Assembly: GCF_035084215.1 (NCBI RefSeq)
Contig: NW_027139666.1
Coordinates: forward strand, 4,154,001 to 4,218,000
Reading direction: 5' to 3'
DNA length: 64,000 nucleotides
Source: Heptranchias perlo
Lineage: Eukaryota
Shown here in pieces: positions 26,341 through 39,729 of this stretch. Every line of letters begins with the position of its first letter. Positions within the stretch are counted from its first letter, which is position 1. A model generated the notes under the pieces. The model did not search any database and was not told where the DNA came from. It saw only the letters and a list, made by a program, of their open reading frames with translations. The position numbers were made by a program, and so were the translations under genes.

Positions 26341-27668
26341 CCAGAGAGTGACCCAAGGTACAGAATGAATTCTACATTCACACACAGTACCAGGGAATGA
26401 CAGATACAGAATGAATCACACACACACACATACACACACACACACACACAGACACACAGTGCCACCGATTGATAGATACAGAATTAATCTCACAGTCATG
26501 TTACTGCAGACTGAGTTGCACATCACATACCAATCCAAAAATCTCAGTGTCAGATTGAAAGATCTGGTGCAGACTGAGTTACATATTATATACATTGCTA
26601 AATATTCATACAGTATTATAATGAAAAATACAGTATCAATACCATTGGTACAGACTGAGCTACACATTACATACCAGTCGAAAAATCTCATACAATGTTA
26701 GACTGAAAGATACAGTAGCAATTTCATTAGTGCAGACTGAGCCACACAATATAGAGCAGTCCAAGAATCTCTTACCATATCAGACTCAAAGATATAATAT
26801 CAATTCCATTAGCACAGACTGAGCTACATGTTACATACGAGTCCAAAAATCTGATGCAGTATCACATTGAAAGATTCAGTATCACTTCCATTAGTGCAGA
26901 CTGAGCTACACCTCACATTCCAGTCCAAAAATCTCATACAATATCAGACTGATGGATACAGTATCAATTCCTTTATTCCAGGATGAGCTACATATTACTC
27001 ACCAGTCCAAAAATATCATACAGTGTTAGACTCAAATACAGGCTTAATCCCATTATTGCAGAATGAGCTACACATTACATACAAGTCCAGTAATTTCACC
27101 ATGAACAGAATGAAAGGTACATTATCATTCACAATAGAGTTCAGAGATTAAGATGTAATCCCACTCCAAAACTCATAAACGTTGTTTGATTAAAGAAAAT
27201 CGAAAAGTGTATCCATATTTACAAATTAAATACTCGACAAAGAAATGTATATGATTTAAAGTATTAAAGTTACAGTTTCAAATACGATACTGTAAACTGA
27301 AATAAGAATACAGAATGAATCCAGACTTGTACATTGTTTCAGAGACTGAATTACAGAATGAATCCCACACTGAGATAAAGTTGCAGAGAATGGCAGATAC
27401 AGAATGTATCCCACACTCACAGAAAGCACCAGAGACTGACAGATACTGAATGTATCCCACACTCACATACAGCACCAGAGACTGACAGATAGAGAATGAA
27501 TCCATCACTTATATACAGTACCTGAGACTGACAGATGCAGAATATACCCCATGCTCACACTCAGTACTTGAGACTGATAGATACAAAATGAATCCCAAAC
27601 TCACGCACAGTACCAGAGACAGACAGATACAGAATAAACACCACTCTCACATACAATACCAGAGACTG
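25600..27668. repeat. 46-bp and 82-bp satellite arrays with embedded (CA)n
   Basis: 46-mer at 25600-26490 and 27300-27668; 82-bp period (cagact at 26651, 26733, 26815). Confidence 0.9.
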
Positions 27669-28273
27669 ACCTCAACTGGACGTAAGCGAGAACTGTAAAA
27701 GAGAGGAACAAATTCACATGATCTGTCGTTACAGAAACAGGACAATCTGCAATGTGAGGAAAGTTTCTGTCTGTAACTTCTGTCTCGTATTTTTGCGCAT
27801 TTTGACAGTGAAAAATGAAGACAATTCATTCATAATAAAGTTTTTGTTTTACTCATTCGATAGTTGTGAATTTGCCCCATTATATTTCACTGTACATTGC
27901 GCAGTATTTCTCTCTGATTTCTCAGGACACGATTTACATTGCTCCTCTACCCCATTTAGATTCTTATTTTCCAAGCAGTACGTGGCCTCCTTATTCCCCC
28001 TGGCAAAATGTAGCACCTCACACTTTTCTATATTGAAATTGAATGGACATTTACACGGCCGTTCAGCAAGCTGATTTTGTCACAGTCATCCTCAGTATAG
28101 ACAATGCTCCCGAAATTTAACACAGCATTACAAGTAGTGTTTGATCCAACAAAATGTACTTGTAGCTCGTCTCCATTCCCAGTTTTTCTAAATCCCACTC
28201 GTGCAATATAATGTGAAGAATGAGTTTATCTTCTGTCCCTCCCTCTTCTATAAACTTCAATGAACCGGGGTTT

Positions 28274-28309
28274 GGGGACATCTACTGGCCGGATGCAGAA
28301 CTGCAACAG
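28274..28309 (-). promoter_or_regulatory. Putative bipartite CTCF site
   Basis: Paralog of the 15017 site. Confidence 0.6.
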
Positions 28310-29399
28310 TTCGGAACAAATTGCTGAAACCGGACAATGTGCAGTGTGAGCGTGTTTGTGATTGGTGGCAGGAATCAAATCTGATTTTTTTTAACCTGCC
28401 CATTAACCTTTATTGTTTGTTATTGAAAAGCAAATAGTGCCAGAAAGTAAGGATATGGGGAGTTAGACAGAGAGCATCTATTGGAGGCATCAGGTGAAAA
28501 GTGTGACGGACACATTTTAAACAGCGGCTGTTATGTTTCGGTTGAACGGATAGTCCCATGGGAGAGGGGATTAGAAAGCTGACCTGTACAAAGGTCCCTG
28601 CCCCATCGGGTAGTCCCATTCATGGATCAGTGCAGGGGCTGGGTTGTGTCCAGATTTCAATAAATTGTTGTAAAATAACCCAATACCCCTGGTGTGCAGA
28701 AGCTGAGTACTGCAGTGCAGTCAGACACTGACACTGTTTGTATCGCTTGTTTTCATTTGTGGTTATTACAATGATTACTAACAGAGATTCAATTGATCAC
28801 TTTTGTATTTTCTACCTCACCTGTTCTTGAGTTACAAGAGATACTTTCTCTTTCGACAGTCAAATCCTTGAAGGACCCAGAATCAGTGTGATGTTACCTC
28901 CACCCGAGGCACAAGGAACAGTGCAGCCAGCTCTTTCTCACACACAGTATGTACATTATCACAAACAAAGCACAGAGACACAGACAAGTCATCAGACCCA
29001 CAGTCTCAGACAGCAGAAATAGTCAGTCCTACACTGATCCCAATCCAACAGTCAAACAGTGCAGGAGAGACAGACGGAATTTCCATTTCACAACAACTCA
29101 GTACCGCTGACCGCAGTTAATTAATTCCCAGTCCAAAATCACACCCAGTATCAGATTGAAAGGCAATGTGTCAATCTCACATTAGTTCAGCCTTAGCTAC
29201 AAATTAAATACCCGATAGAACTGATACATGGTACCGATTGTTAGGTACAGAATGAATCCCAATAGTGTACCACAAGATTCAAATTAAATACCAGCCCACA
29301 ACTCACACACATTATTAGTTTAAAGATGCAGTATTCATGCCAATAGTGTACACTGAGATACAAATTAGATAGCAGTTCAGATGTTACCCATGTTTGACT

Positions 29400-31550
29400 C
29401 ACATATTTGTCCAAAAAACCTCATAGTATCAGAATGAAATGTACAGTTTCAATTCCTTTACTGCAGACTGAGGTACACATTAGATACCAATCCAAAATTC
29501 TCATAGCGTATCAGAATGAAAGACACAGTATCCATTCCATTAATGCAGACTGAGCTACACATCACATGCCAGTCCAAAAATCTCAGTGTCAGATTGAAAG
29601 ATACAGCATCAATTCCATCAGGACAGAGTGAAATACACATTAGATACCAGTCACTGACATTCACTTTCAAACTGAAAGATACAGTTTCGATTTGATTGGT
29701 ACTGGCTGAGCTAAACGATACATACCAGTATACAAATCTCACACAGTACCAGACTGAAAGATACAGTATCAATCTCATTAGTGTAGACTGAGCGACACAT
29801 TAAATACCTGTCCAAAAATCACATTCAGTGTCAAACTGAAAGGCAGAGTATCAATATCTCTACTGCATTCTGAGCTACACATTGAATATGATTTCAGGAC
29901 TGGTATACAGTGTCAGGTTGAAACATACACTATCAATTCCATTAGTGCAGATTGAGCTACACATTAGATATCTTCCAAAATTTGAATACAGTAACGTACT
30001 GGAAGATACAACCTCAATTTCTTTACTGTAGACAGAGGTACACATTAGATACCTGTCCAAAAATCTCATACAGTATCAGAATGAATGAGATAGAATCAAT
30101 TCTATTAGTGCAGACTGAGCTACACATTGCATACCAGTTCAAAAAAAAATCAGTGTCAGCTTGAAAGATACAGACTCAATTTCATTTGTGCAGGCTGAGC
30201 TACACATTATATACAGTCCAAAAATCACATTCAGTATCAAACTGAAAGGCATAGTTTCACTTCCATTACTGCAGACTGAGCTACATATTGTATACAGTCC
30301 AAAATTCGTATATTTATTATCATTCTGAAACATACAGTATGATTCCTATTAGTGCAGACTAAGCTACACATTATATACCAGTCCAATAATCTCTTCAAGC
30401 TGATGCTGAAAGTACGGCATCAATTCCATGAGCGCAGACTGATTTATTCCTTAAACACCAGTCCAAGTATAGCACACAGTGTCAGCCTGAAAGATATGGT
30501 ATGAATCCCATTAATGCAGACTGAGCTACACCTTACATACACATCCGAAAATCACACAGTGTCAGCTTGAAAGATAAAGTATCAATTCCACCAGCCCAGA
30601 CTGAGCTACTTAATAAATACCAGTCCAATAATTTCATAGTAATAGATTGAAATGTACATTATCATTTACAATGGTCTTCACAGAGATTAAGATGTAATCC
30701 CACACCAAAACTCACACATTGTTTGATTAAAACAAAATCCATAAGTGTATCCATATTTACAAATTAACGCAAGACAAAGGACTGTGCATACATTAATGTA
30801 TTAAAGATACAGTTTCAAGCAACACACTTTAACCTGATATAAGAATACAGAAGGAATCTAGACTTGCATTTTGTCCCAGAGACTGAATAACAGAAGGAAT
30901 CCCACACTGAGCTAAAATATCAGAGACTGACAGTCACAGAATGAATCCCACACTCACAGATAGAACCAGAGACTGACAGATACAGAATGAACCGCACACT
31001 CACACACACAGTACCAGAGACTGACATATTCAGAATGAATCCCACACTCACACACAGTACCAGAGGCTGACAGATACAGAATGAATCCCACACTCACACA
31101 CAGTGCCAGAGACACACATATAGAGAATGAATCCCACACTCACACGCTGTACCAGAGACTGATATATACAGAATGAATCCCTCACTCACACACAGTACCA
31201 GAGACTGACATATACAGAATGAATCCCACACTCACATGCAGTACCAGAGACTGACAGATACAAAATGAATCTCACACTCTCACACTGTACCAGAGACTGA
31301 CAGAGACAGAATGAATGCCACACTCACACACAGTACCAGAGGCTGACAGATACAGAATGAATCCCACACTCACAGACTGTACTGGAGACTGAGAGATTCA
31401 CAATGAATTCCATACTCACACACAGTACCAGACACTGACAGATAGAGAATTAATCTCACACTCACATACAGTACCAGTAACTGACGGATAGAGAATTAAT
31501 CTCACACTCACATACAGTACTGGAGACTGACAGATACAGAATGAATATAG
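29400..31550. repeat. 82-bp satellite (29400-30660) then 46-bp satellite (30850-31550)
   Basis: Recurrent cagactgagctacacatt...aattccattagtg units, then 46-mers. Confidence 0.9.
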
Positions 31551-31552
31551 AG

Positions 31553-31589
31553 TCTGACATCTACTGGCCGTAAGGGAGAACTGTAACAG
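31553..31589 (-). promoter_or_regulatory. Putative CTCF site at satellite edge
   Basis: RC TACAGTTC-tccctta-CGGCCAGTAGATGTCAG. Confidence 0.55.
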
Positions 31590-31932
31590 ATTGGAACAAA
31601 TTCACATCATTGTGACAGAAACAGGACAAAGTGCAATGTGAGGAAATAGTTTCTCTCTGTAACTTCTACTCTCGTATTTTTTCATATTTTGACATTGAAA
31701 AATGAAGACAATTGATTCATAATAAAGTTTTTGTTTCGCTCATTGAAAAGTTATCAATTTCCACATTATATTTCACTCTGCATTGCGCAATATTTCTTTC
31801 TGATTTCTCAGGACACGATTTAGATTAATTCAAATAAATCGAAATAAAACACAAATAAAAACTGAGCACAAAGCTGGAAGTTTTAATGGCGACCGTCAAA
31901 AGTGAAAGGGATAAAATATAGAAAAAAATAAA

Positions 31933-32030
31933 AATGAAACTGCTGGAGAGACTCAGCAGGTCCGGCAGCATCTGTGGAGAATTGAATCTCGGGTTAACGG
32001 TTCAGGACTATGACACTTCTATAGATCAGA
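31933..32030 (-). mobile_element. Decayed Penelope-type pLTR remnant (second family)
   Basis: RC ...cctgaaccgttaac...ctccacagatgctgccggacctgctgag...ccagca; hammerhead core degenerate. Confidence 0.5.
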
Positions 32031-32304
32031 ACGTTTAATCCGATATAACTTAAATAAGGAACGGGAATCGGCAGAGGGAAAAACTTCAGAAAATCAATTA
32101 ATTTCACTGAATGTGGGCAATTGTGTCTCGTATCCACGATACAGGTCAGGACAAATAATTCTACCAAGGGACAATGTTAAATTCAACGTTATGGGGGCAG
32201 AAATGAATTCTAAAAGTATTTTTTATATAAATTAGACCCGTTTGGAAAAATTATCGCTCTGAACATCATCAAATTCGGTTCCAGTCTTGGTGATTCTGAA
32301 TTGA

Positions 32305-32375
32305 GCGGGCTGGGATTCAAACCTGTTGGAATTAACTGTTTGGAAGGCAGCTATACTCACCAATATAGCGCCTTA
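32305..32375 (-). pseudogene. Decayed tRNA-Gly(TCC)-derived sequence
   Basis: RC gctatattggtgagtatagctgccTTCCaaacagtt...ggtttgaatcccagcc; acceptor stem lost. Confidence 0.65.
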
Positions 32376-32539
32376 TTTCACTCGGAGGTGGAAATAGTGT
32401 GTTTCTGTGGAATTTCGGACTGAATTGCTCCCTTTGGGTTTCTGGCATTTTAATCACAGACAATAAATAGTTCCCAAACATCAGCCCCTGAAAAGACACA
32501 ACAAGCTGGTGGAATTTCTCATTCATAGATATTAAAAAA

Positions 32540-33520
32540 CAGGATGACAAAAGCGTTAGGAATAGGTTAGGAAGAAGTCACAAAAATAATTAGGGAAGCA
32601 AACAGTAACCACGAAATCAAATTATCAAGGAATGTAAAAAGAAATAGTAAATTATTCTACAGACACAAAAATAACAGAAAGAATATCAGAATATCTTGAG
32701 TGCCACTCAGGGATTCATAAGATAAACTCACAGGTAATGTCAGCGAAATGGCAGAAATATTGAATTATTACTTTGCTCAGTATTTACCCGGGAGATTAAC
32801 AGGGTGAATTTCATATTAGAGGAAGAGGTCAATAAAGATATCAAGACATTTATGTTGAAAATGGTGGTTGAACTCCTGGTCCAGATGGATTGCATCCGCA
32901 CATATTAAATGAAACAAGGGAAGAGATAGCAGAGGCACTGTTTCATATATAGGAAAAAATAATCACAAAAAGGAATAGTACCAGACGACTAGATGAAAGT
33001 TAATAGCATTCTTATGATTTAAAACAGGAGATAGAACAAGTCCAGGGAACTATAGACCAGTTAACTAAAGGTCGGTGGTAGGAATAATCATGGAATCTTT
33101 TACTCAACGAAGCAACAGAAAAACATCTAGAAACCGAAAATATAATAAAGAATAGATGGCACGGATTTCAGAAAGGGAAGGTTTAACAGTTTGACAGAAG
33201 GTTTGAAAGTTTAAATTACAGTTCAACATAACTTATCTGCTTTTCAATTCTATTCCTCGAGAAATAAACCTATGTGTTTGCTTTCTGTGGCCTTATCAAC
33301 CTGTGTTGCTACTTTTAATGATTTGTCAATCTGTAACCCTAAACCCCTTTGCACTTCTACCCCATTGAGACTCTTATTTTCCAAGCAGTACGTGGCCTCC
33401 TTAATCCCCCTAGTAAAATGCACCACCTCACAACTTTCTTTATGGTAATTCAATGGCCATTTACATCGCCTTTCAGCAAGCTTATTGAAGTCTTCTTGAA
33501 TTTTGTTAGATTCTTCCTCA
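32540..33520. mobile_element. CR1 LINE fragments, + strand (32540-33185) joined to - strand (33190-33520)
   Basis: Decayed 'PGPDG.HP', 'PGNYRP', 'HGF.KG' on +; 'IQED..KL..CEVVHF' on -. Confidence 0.75.
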
Positions 33521-33700
33521 CTATAGGCTCTACACCCTAAATTAATTACAAGCATTTAATACAGCATTACAACGAATGTTTGGTCTAACAAAATGTCCTC
33601 CATTCGGAGTTTTTCGAAATCCCACTCTTGCAATATAATGTGAAGAATGAGTTTATCTTCTGTCCCTCTCTCATCTGCAAACTTCAATGACCCGGGGTTT

Positions 33701-33736
33701 GGGGACATCTACTGGCCGGAAGCAGAACTGCAACAG
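33701..33736 (-). promoter_or_regulatory. Putative bipartite CTCF site
   Basis: Identical to the 15017 site. Confidence 0.65.
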
Positions 33737-33992
33737 TTCGGAACAAATTGCTGAAACCGGACAATGTGCAGTGTGAGCGTGTTTGTGATTGGTGGCAGCT
33801 ATTAAATCAGATTGGATATCTGAAGAAACCAATCAGAGAGTGAAAGGAATAGGTGACAGAGCATCACTCCCAATGAGCCAATCACAACATGCCTTCCCCC
33901 ATCCCTCATTACCATAGGGCTGTAGGGCTGCCGATTTAACCCGTGCTCGGAGAAGATTTGAATCATTTCTGAGTCTGAAATTGAGTTTGAAA

Positions 33993-34367
33993 ATGCCTGA
34001 GGACAAGAAAGCAGCTCCCAAGAAGGGCGCCAAGAAAAACTTGAGTAAAGCACCAGCCAAGCGCGGCAAGAAGCGGAGAAAGTCGAAGAAGGAGAGTTAC
34101 TCCATCTACGTCTACAAAGTGATGAAGCAGGTTCACCCCGACACCGGTATCTCCTCCAAGGCCATGAGCATCATGAACTCCTTTGTGAACGATATTTTCG
34201 AGCGCATCGCGAGTGAGGCTTCCCGCCTGGCCCATTATAATAAACGGCACACCATCAGCTCCCGGGAGATCCAGACCGCCGTGCGGCTGCTGCTGCCCGG
34301 GGAACTGGCCAAACACGCCGTGTCGGAAGGGACAAAGGCGGTGACCAAATACACCAGCTCCAAGTAA
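33993..34367 (+). CDS. H2B: Histone H2B, 124 aa
   Basis: [12 protein letters not shown]...[21 protein letters not shown]...AVTKYTSSK; stem-loop 34406-34421. Confidence 0.95.
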   Translation: MPEDKKAAPKKGAKKNLSKAPAKRGKKRRKSKKESYSIYVYKVMKQVHPDTGISSKAMSIMNSFVNDIFERIASEASRLAHYNKRHTISSREIQTAVRLLLPGELAKHAVSEGTKAVTKYTSSK

Positions 34368-34405
34368 AACTCCACAATCAACTGAAAAAGAAACTTAAAC
34401 AAAAA

Positions 34406-34421
34406 GGCTCTTTTAAGAGCC
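34406..34421 (+). terminator. Histone 3' stem-loop (H2B)
   Basis: GGCTCT-TTTA-AGAGCC-ACCCA. Confidence 0.95.
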
Positions 34422-35241
34422 ACCCACAGTCTCTCTGAAGACGCTGCACCGACACTTCTGCATGGACTCATTTTACTGTCGATAGTTTGATACTAACTGT
34501 CTCTCTATAACTTCTGCTTTTGTAATTTCTCTTGAAATCTGGAAGATTCTCATAATCACTGCCAGGTATAATCTGTGCGTCGCTTTTTATTTATTCCCAA
34601 GAACAAAAATCGTGTCCCTGATCCTCTCATTCCCGTTCATATTCCGCCCCTTCCTCCGCATCTGCCCCCTTCAGAGCCGTCTTAAGGCGGTGGATTAGAG
34701 TTCAGTCATTTCTTTCTCCTTTTCACGTTTATTTGTTCATTATTCCGGAATATCACTTTCAGAACCGCAATCCTTTGAAATGCAGCAACGCTGAAAGGGA
34801 CTTCACACCGAGTACAGAATAGTCTAAAGTCTCTGTCACTGTTCGACTTCTTACACCAGGAGTCTCGGCTCCGGTTTCGATCGCGCTGCAGCTCCTGTGA
34901 ACAGGGATCAATCCACAATCCGTGGTTTGTTACTATTACAAAGATTGAGCTGGAATCTGTCCCGTTACAAAATGGGGCTTTATTCCCGCCGGATTGAAAG
35001 CGAACGGAGAATGAAGCGACTTCTAACTGGAATGTAAAATATTCTGGAAGTTGTGACGGAAAATGTGGAATAACAGAGTAAAAGGAGAGAGATTTTTAAA
35101 CCTTTGTCTTTACGCGACATTATTTACTAAATCCGCTTCTGGTGTTACAAATATATTGGCGGGCTTTCCAAATTTCAAAAAAACGGTTCAGTTCGGTATT
35201 TTCCGCCTTTTTCTCATTGCCGGCTATTGATTGGTGAATAA

Positions 35242-35787
<546 letters not shown>

Positions 35788-35818
35788 ATCGGCCAAGATT
35801 TAATCTGATAAAACCAAA

Positions 35819-35834
35819 GGCTCTTTTCAGAGCC
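35819..35834 (+). terminator. Histone 3' stem-loop (H2A)
   Basis: GGCTCT-TTTC-AGAGCC-ACCCA; HDE gaaagggctg. Confidence 0.95.
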
Positions 35835-35949
35835 ACCCACTGTATCTGTGAAAGGGCTGGTTACTGTCTGAAGAGACTGACCTATTGATCACAGGTGTCC
35901 CCGGTCTACGTTAATATATTACATTACTACAGCGGTTAAAGTAATGGGA

Positions 35950-36255
35950 GCCAATGTAAGTCACCGAGCACATGGGTGACAGGTGAACGGGAGTTGGTGG
36001 GAGTTCGAATAGGGCAACGGAGATTTGGAGAAATTCATGTTCACAGAGGGCGGAAGATCGGAGGCTGACCAGGAGAGCATTGGAATAGCAAAGTCTGGAG
36101 GTATCAAGGGAATGGATGAGGGTTTCAGCACCAGAGGAGCTGAGGCAGGGGCGGAGAAGCGCGATGTTTCAAAGGTGGAATTAAGTCTTGGTGGTGGAGC
36201 GGATATGTGGTCGGACGCTCATCTCAGGGTCAGATTGGACACAAAGGTTACGAAC
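35950..36255 (-). mobile_element. Probable L2 LINE fragment
   Basis: Resembles the L2 ORF2 C-terminal region on the minus strand (RLD..N.LL.G-like); heavily decayed. Confidence 0.5.
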
Positions 36256-36289
36256 GGTCATATTTCGGACCACACAGTGACCAGGGACT

Positions 36290-37030
36290 AGTCTCTGTCC
36301 ATCCCGGTCCCGAAATCTATCCAGTCCCCACACAGGACCTGGGTCTGTCCATCCCGGTCCCTGAATCTATCCAGTCCCCACACAGGACCTGGGTCTGTCC
36401 ATCCCGGTCCCTGAATCTATCCAGTCTCGATACAGGACCTGGGTCTGTCCATCCAGGCCCCTGAATCTATCCAGTCCCCATACAGGATCTGGGTCTGTCT
36501 ATCCCATTCCCTGAATCTATCCAATCCCTCGACAGGACCTGGGTCTGTCCATCCCGGTCCCTGAATCTATCCAGTTTCACACTGACTCCAGCTCTAATTC
36601 AATTCATAATAGCCACACATGACCAATCTCCATCCATCCATGTCCCTGAATCTAACCAGTCCCACGGAAGATCTGTCACCATCCCGGTCCCTGAATCTAT
36701 CCAGTACCCAATGACCTCAGCTCTAATTAAACTCATTGTACCCACACAGGAACTGTCTCTGTCCATCCCGGTCCCTGAATCTATCCAGTCCCCACACAGG
36801 ACCTGGGTCTGTCCATCCAATACCAGAATCTATCCAGTCCCCACACAAGACCTGGGTCTGTCCATTCGGTTCCCTGAATCTGTCCAGTTCCCAATGTTTT
36901 CAGCTCTAATAAACACATTGTATCCACACAGGAACTGTCTCTGTCCATCCCAGGACCTGATTCTATCCAGTCCCCACACAGGATCATTCTCCATTCATCC
37001 CAGTGCCTGATTCTATCCAGTCCCATACTG
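36290..37030. repeat. 50-bp minisatellite between H2A and H4
   Basis: Unit atcccggtccctgaatctatccagtccccacacaggacctgggtctgtcc starting at 36301, 36351, 36401... Confidence 0.92.
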
Positions 37031-37550
37031 ACCCAAGCACGGAAAGGTATAGAGTGCCTTCCACACCGATTTATGTTTATTGAACTATTGGGCGCCTCCT
37101 GTCAGCTACAAATCTGAAAACTAAAACTCCCTCTTCCAACGCTTCCGTCGCGGCACTGATTGATTCTGTTACGATGGAGATTGTATTGGATCTGTAGTGG
37201 GACTCATTTATTGAATTTAAATTTTACTTTCCGCCTTTTTTTCCGAGATATCCTTGAATATTAAGCCGGAGTCTGTAAGGATTGTGTCTGAATTTATGTT
37301 CCGCATTTGTTGCTGGTGAAAATTTTAGACAGAACGGTAACTAATTCCTGGAGGCGGAGCTTGAAGTTCCACGTCCGCTTGTCCGTCATTCTGAGCCAGT
37401 CTCCTCCCCTCCCGCACTTCATGCTCTGTCTGTCATTCAAACACTCCTCCCCGGCCTCTCCGATAATGTGCCTTTCTCAACCAGGTCGGGGCGGGCTGCA
37501 TAAATAGAGAAGAAAGGCGAGAGTTTTTCATTCAGGGGCGGTTTGAGTGA

Positions 37551-37871
<321 letters not shown>

Positions 37872-37906
37872 ACGACTCGACCATTTCCAACCGGACACAA
37901 ACCAAA

Positions 37907-37922
37907 GGCTCTTCTAAGAGCC
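37907..37922 (+). terminator. Histone 3' stem-loop (H4)
   Basis: GGCTCT-TCTA-AGAGCC-ACCCA. Confidence 0.95.
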
Positions 37923-39254
37923 ACCCACCGCCTCACAGAGAGAGCACTGACCTGGGAACTGGTGCGGGATATATGGGGCTTGGGAATAGTTTTATTATTA
38001 TGAGGAGTTTTCTGGAACACACAGTAACGTAACGTGGGATCGGTGGCGTGCTGCACCGGTTACTGAGAGGAACATTTCCCTCATTGAGTGCACTGAATTA
38101 TCCAGGGAACGTTACAAGTGAGTTTACCCCGAGCCGAATTCCCCACTCAGTGAAATGTTCCTTCACTCCATTCGCTCTGTTTTGGTTCTATTTATCAGTC
38201 AGATGTTGTGATGTGGGACCGGGGGTTTCCATGGGAGAACAGGTTGAGCTGAGCCGCTGTGATAAGGGCCCAGCTTGTGATATGGATTTTCCCTCTGACG
38301 GTTGTTTCTGACACTGATACTGAGAGGGTTTGTGAAATTGAACCGTTTGAGCTCAGTCATTGGGGACCTGGAATTACCACAGGCCCAACTGGCAAAGCCG
38401 GCTCAAAACTGAGGCTACTTCTCATTGGTTGCTTTGCTTGAAAACTAATTTTCTTAACCAATCGGAGAGACGACAATAAGAAAACGGAGCAAATGAGTGG
38501 CCTCAATTGACCGATTTTTTTAAATTTGAAAAACGCCGCCAATTTCAGTGTATGAAATCAGTGAATTACTCGGACATGTCGTTTTTACACAAAGACTTAA
38601 AATCTCTTTGTAATAATGTTATTCCGTATTACACGTCCCAAATTCCGAGCGCTGTTTCAAAAATATATTGTCTATAACTTGCGGAATAAAATCCAAATAT
38701 CACTTCTACCTGTAAAAGTAACAAATCACAGGTTATCGATTGATTCCGTTGCAGGGACTGAACAGGAACCGTGTGTCCTGAAAACGGAATCATTGACGAA
38801 GCCTTAAAATGAGCCGATTCTTTTCCCCAAGGCGTTCATTCCGGATTGTTACACTGCAGGGAACGTGTTGCTTATATGCGGGATATTAAGATCAGTAATT
38901 AATTATTTCAGAGACTCGCTCCACAGTGAGAAAGAGGAAGTAACTAAATTCTGATTCTCAGCCCTGAAAGTGGTGGTTAACGGGAAAACCGGGGGCGGTG
39001 CAAATCTGAATGAGAGCGAGAGCAAAGCAAAAGGGAATTGAACGAATCCCGGACCCGTGTTCACTTTATTGCTGGACTTTATTGGGCAGTAAATTCTGCA
39101 GAGACAAACATTAAAATGGGGGAGTTTCACTGACTTTCTTTCAATTTCCCCACCAGATTCAAAGGATGATGATCGAAATGAATAAATTGACGACATAAGT
39201 GCTGTGGGCGGCTCTTAAAATAGCCGTTGTTTTTTTTCAGTACGTTGTGGAGTT

Positions 39255-39624
39255 TTACTTGGAGCTGGTGTTCTTGGTCACCGCCTTTGTCCCTTCCGAC
39301 ACGGCGTGTTTGGCCAGTTCCCCGGGCAGCAGCAGGCGCACAGCGGTCTGGATCTCCCGGGAGCTGATAGTGTGGCGCTTATTATAATGGGCCAGGCGGG
39401 AAGCCTCACCCGCGAAGCGCTCGAAAATATCGTTCACAAAGGAGTTCATGATGCTCATGGCCTTGGAGGAGATGCCGGTGTCGGGGTGAACCTGCTTCAT
39501 CACTTTGTAGACGTCGATGGAGTAACTCTCCTTCCTCGACTTTCTTCGCTTCTTGCTGCCTTTGATGGCGATTTATTCACCGTTTTTTGTTGCCCTTCTT
39601 AGGAAGTGTTTTCTTCACCGACAT
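39255..39624 (-). pseudogene. H2B: Histone H2B pseudogene
   Basis: ATG at 39624; early frameshift/TGA; substitutions (ERFAG, KNTSSK); stem-loop 39210-39225 mismatched and HDE missing. Confidence 0.92.
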
Positions 39625-39729
39625 TTTCAAATTCAATTTCAGACACAGCATCAACCAAAATCCGCTCCGAGTTCAGATTATACGGGCAGCCCTTTCGTTC
39701 TGCCAATTCATTCTGCATCTGTTAGTTTC

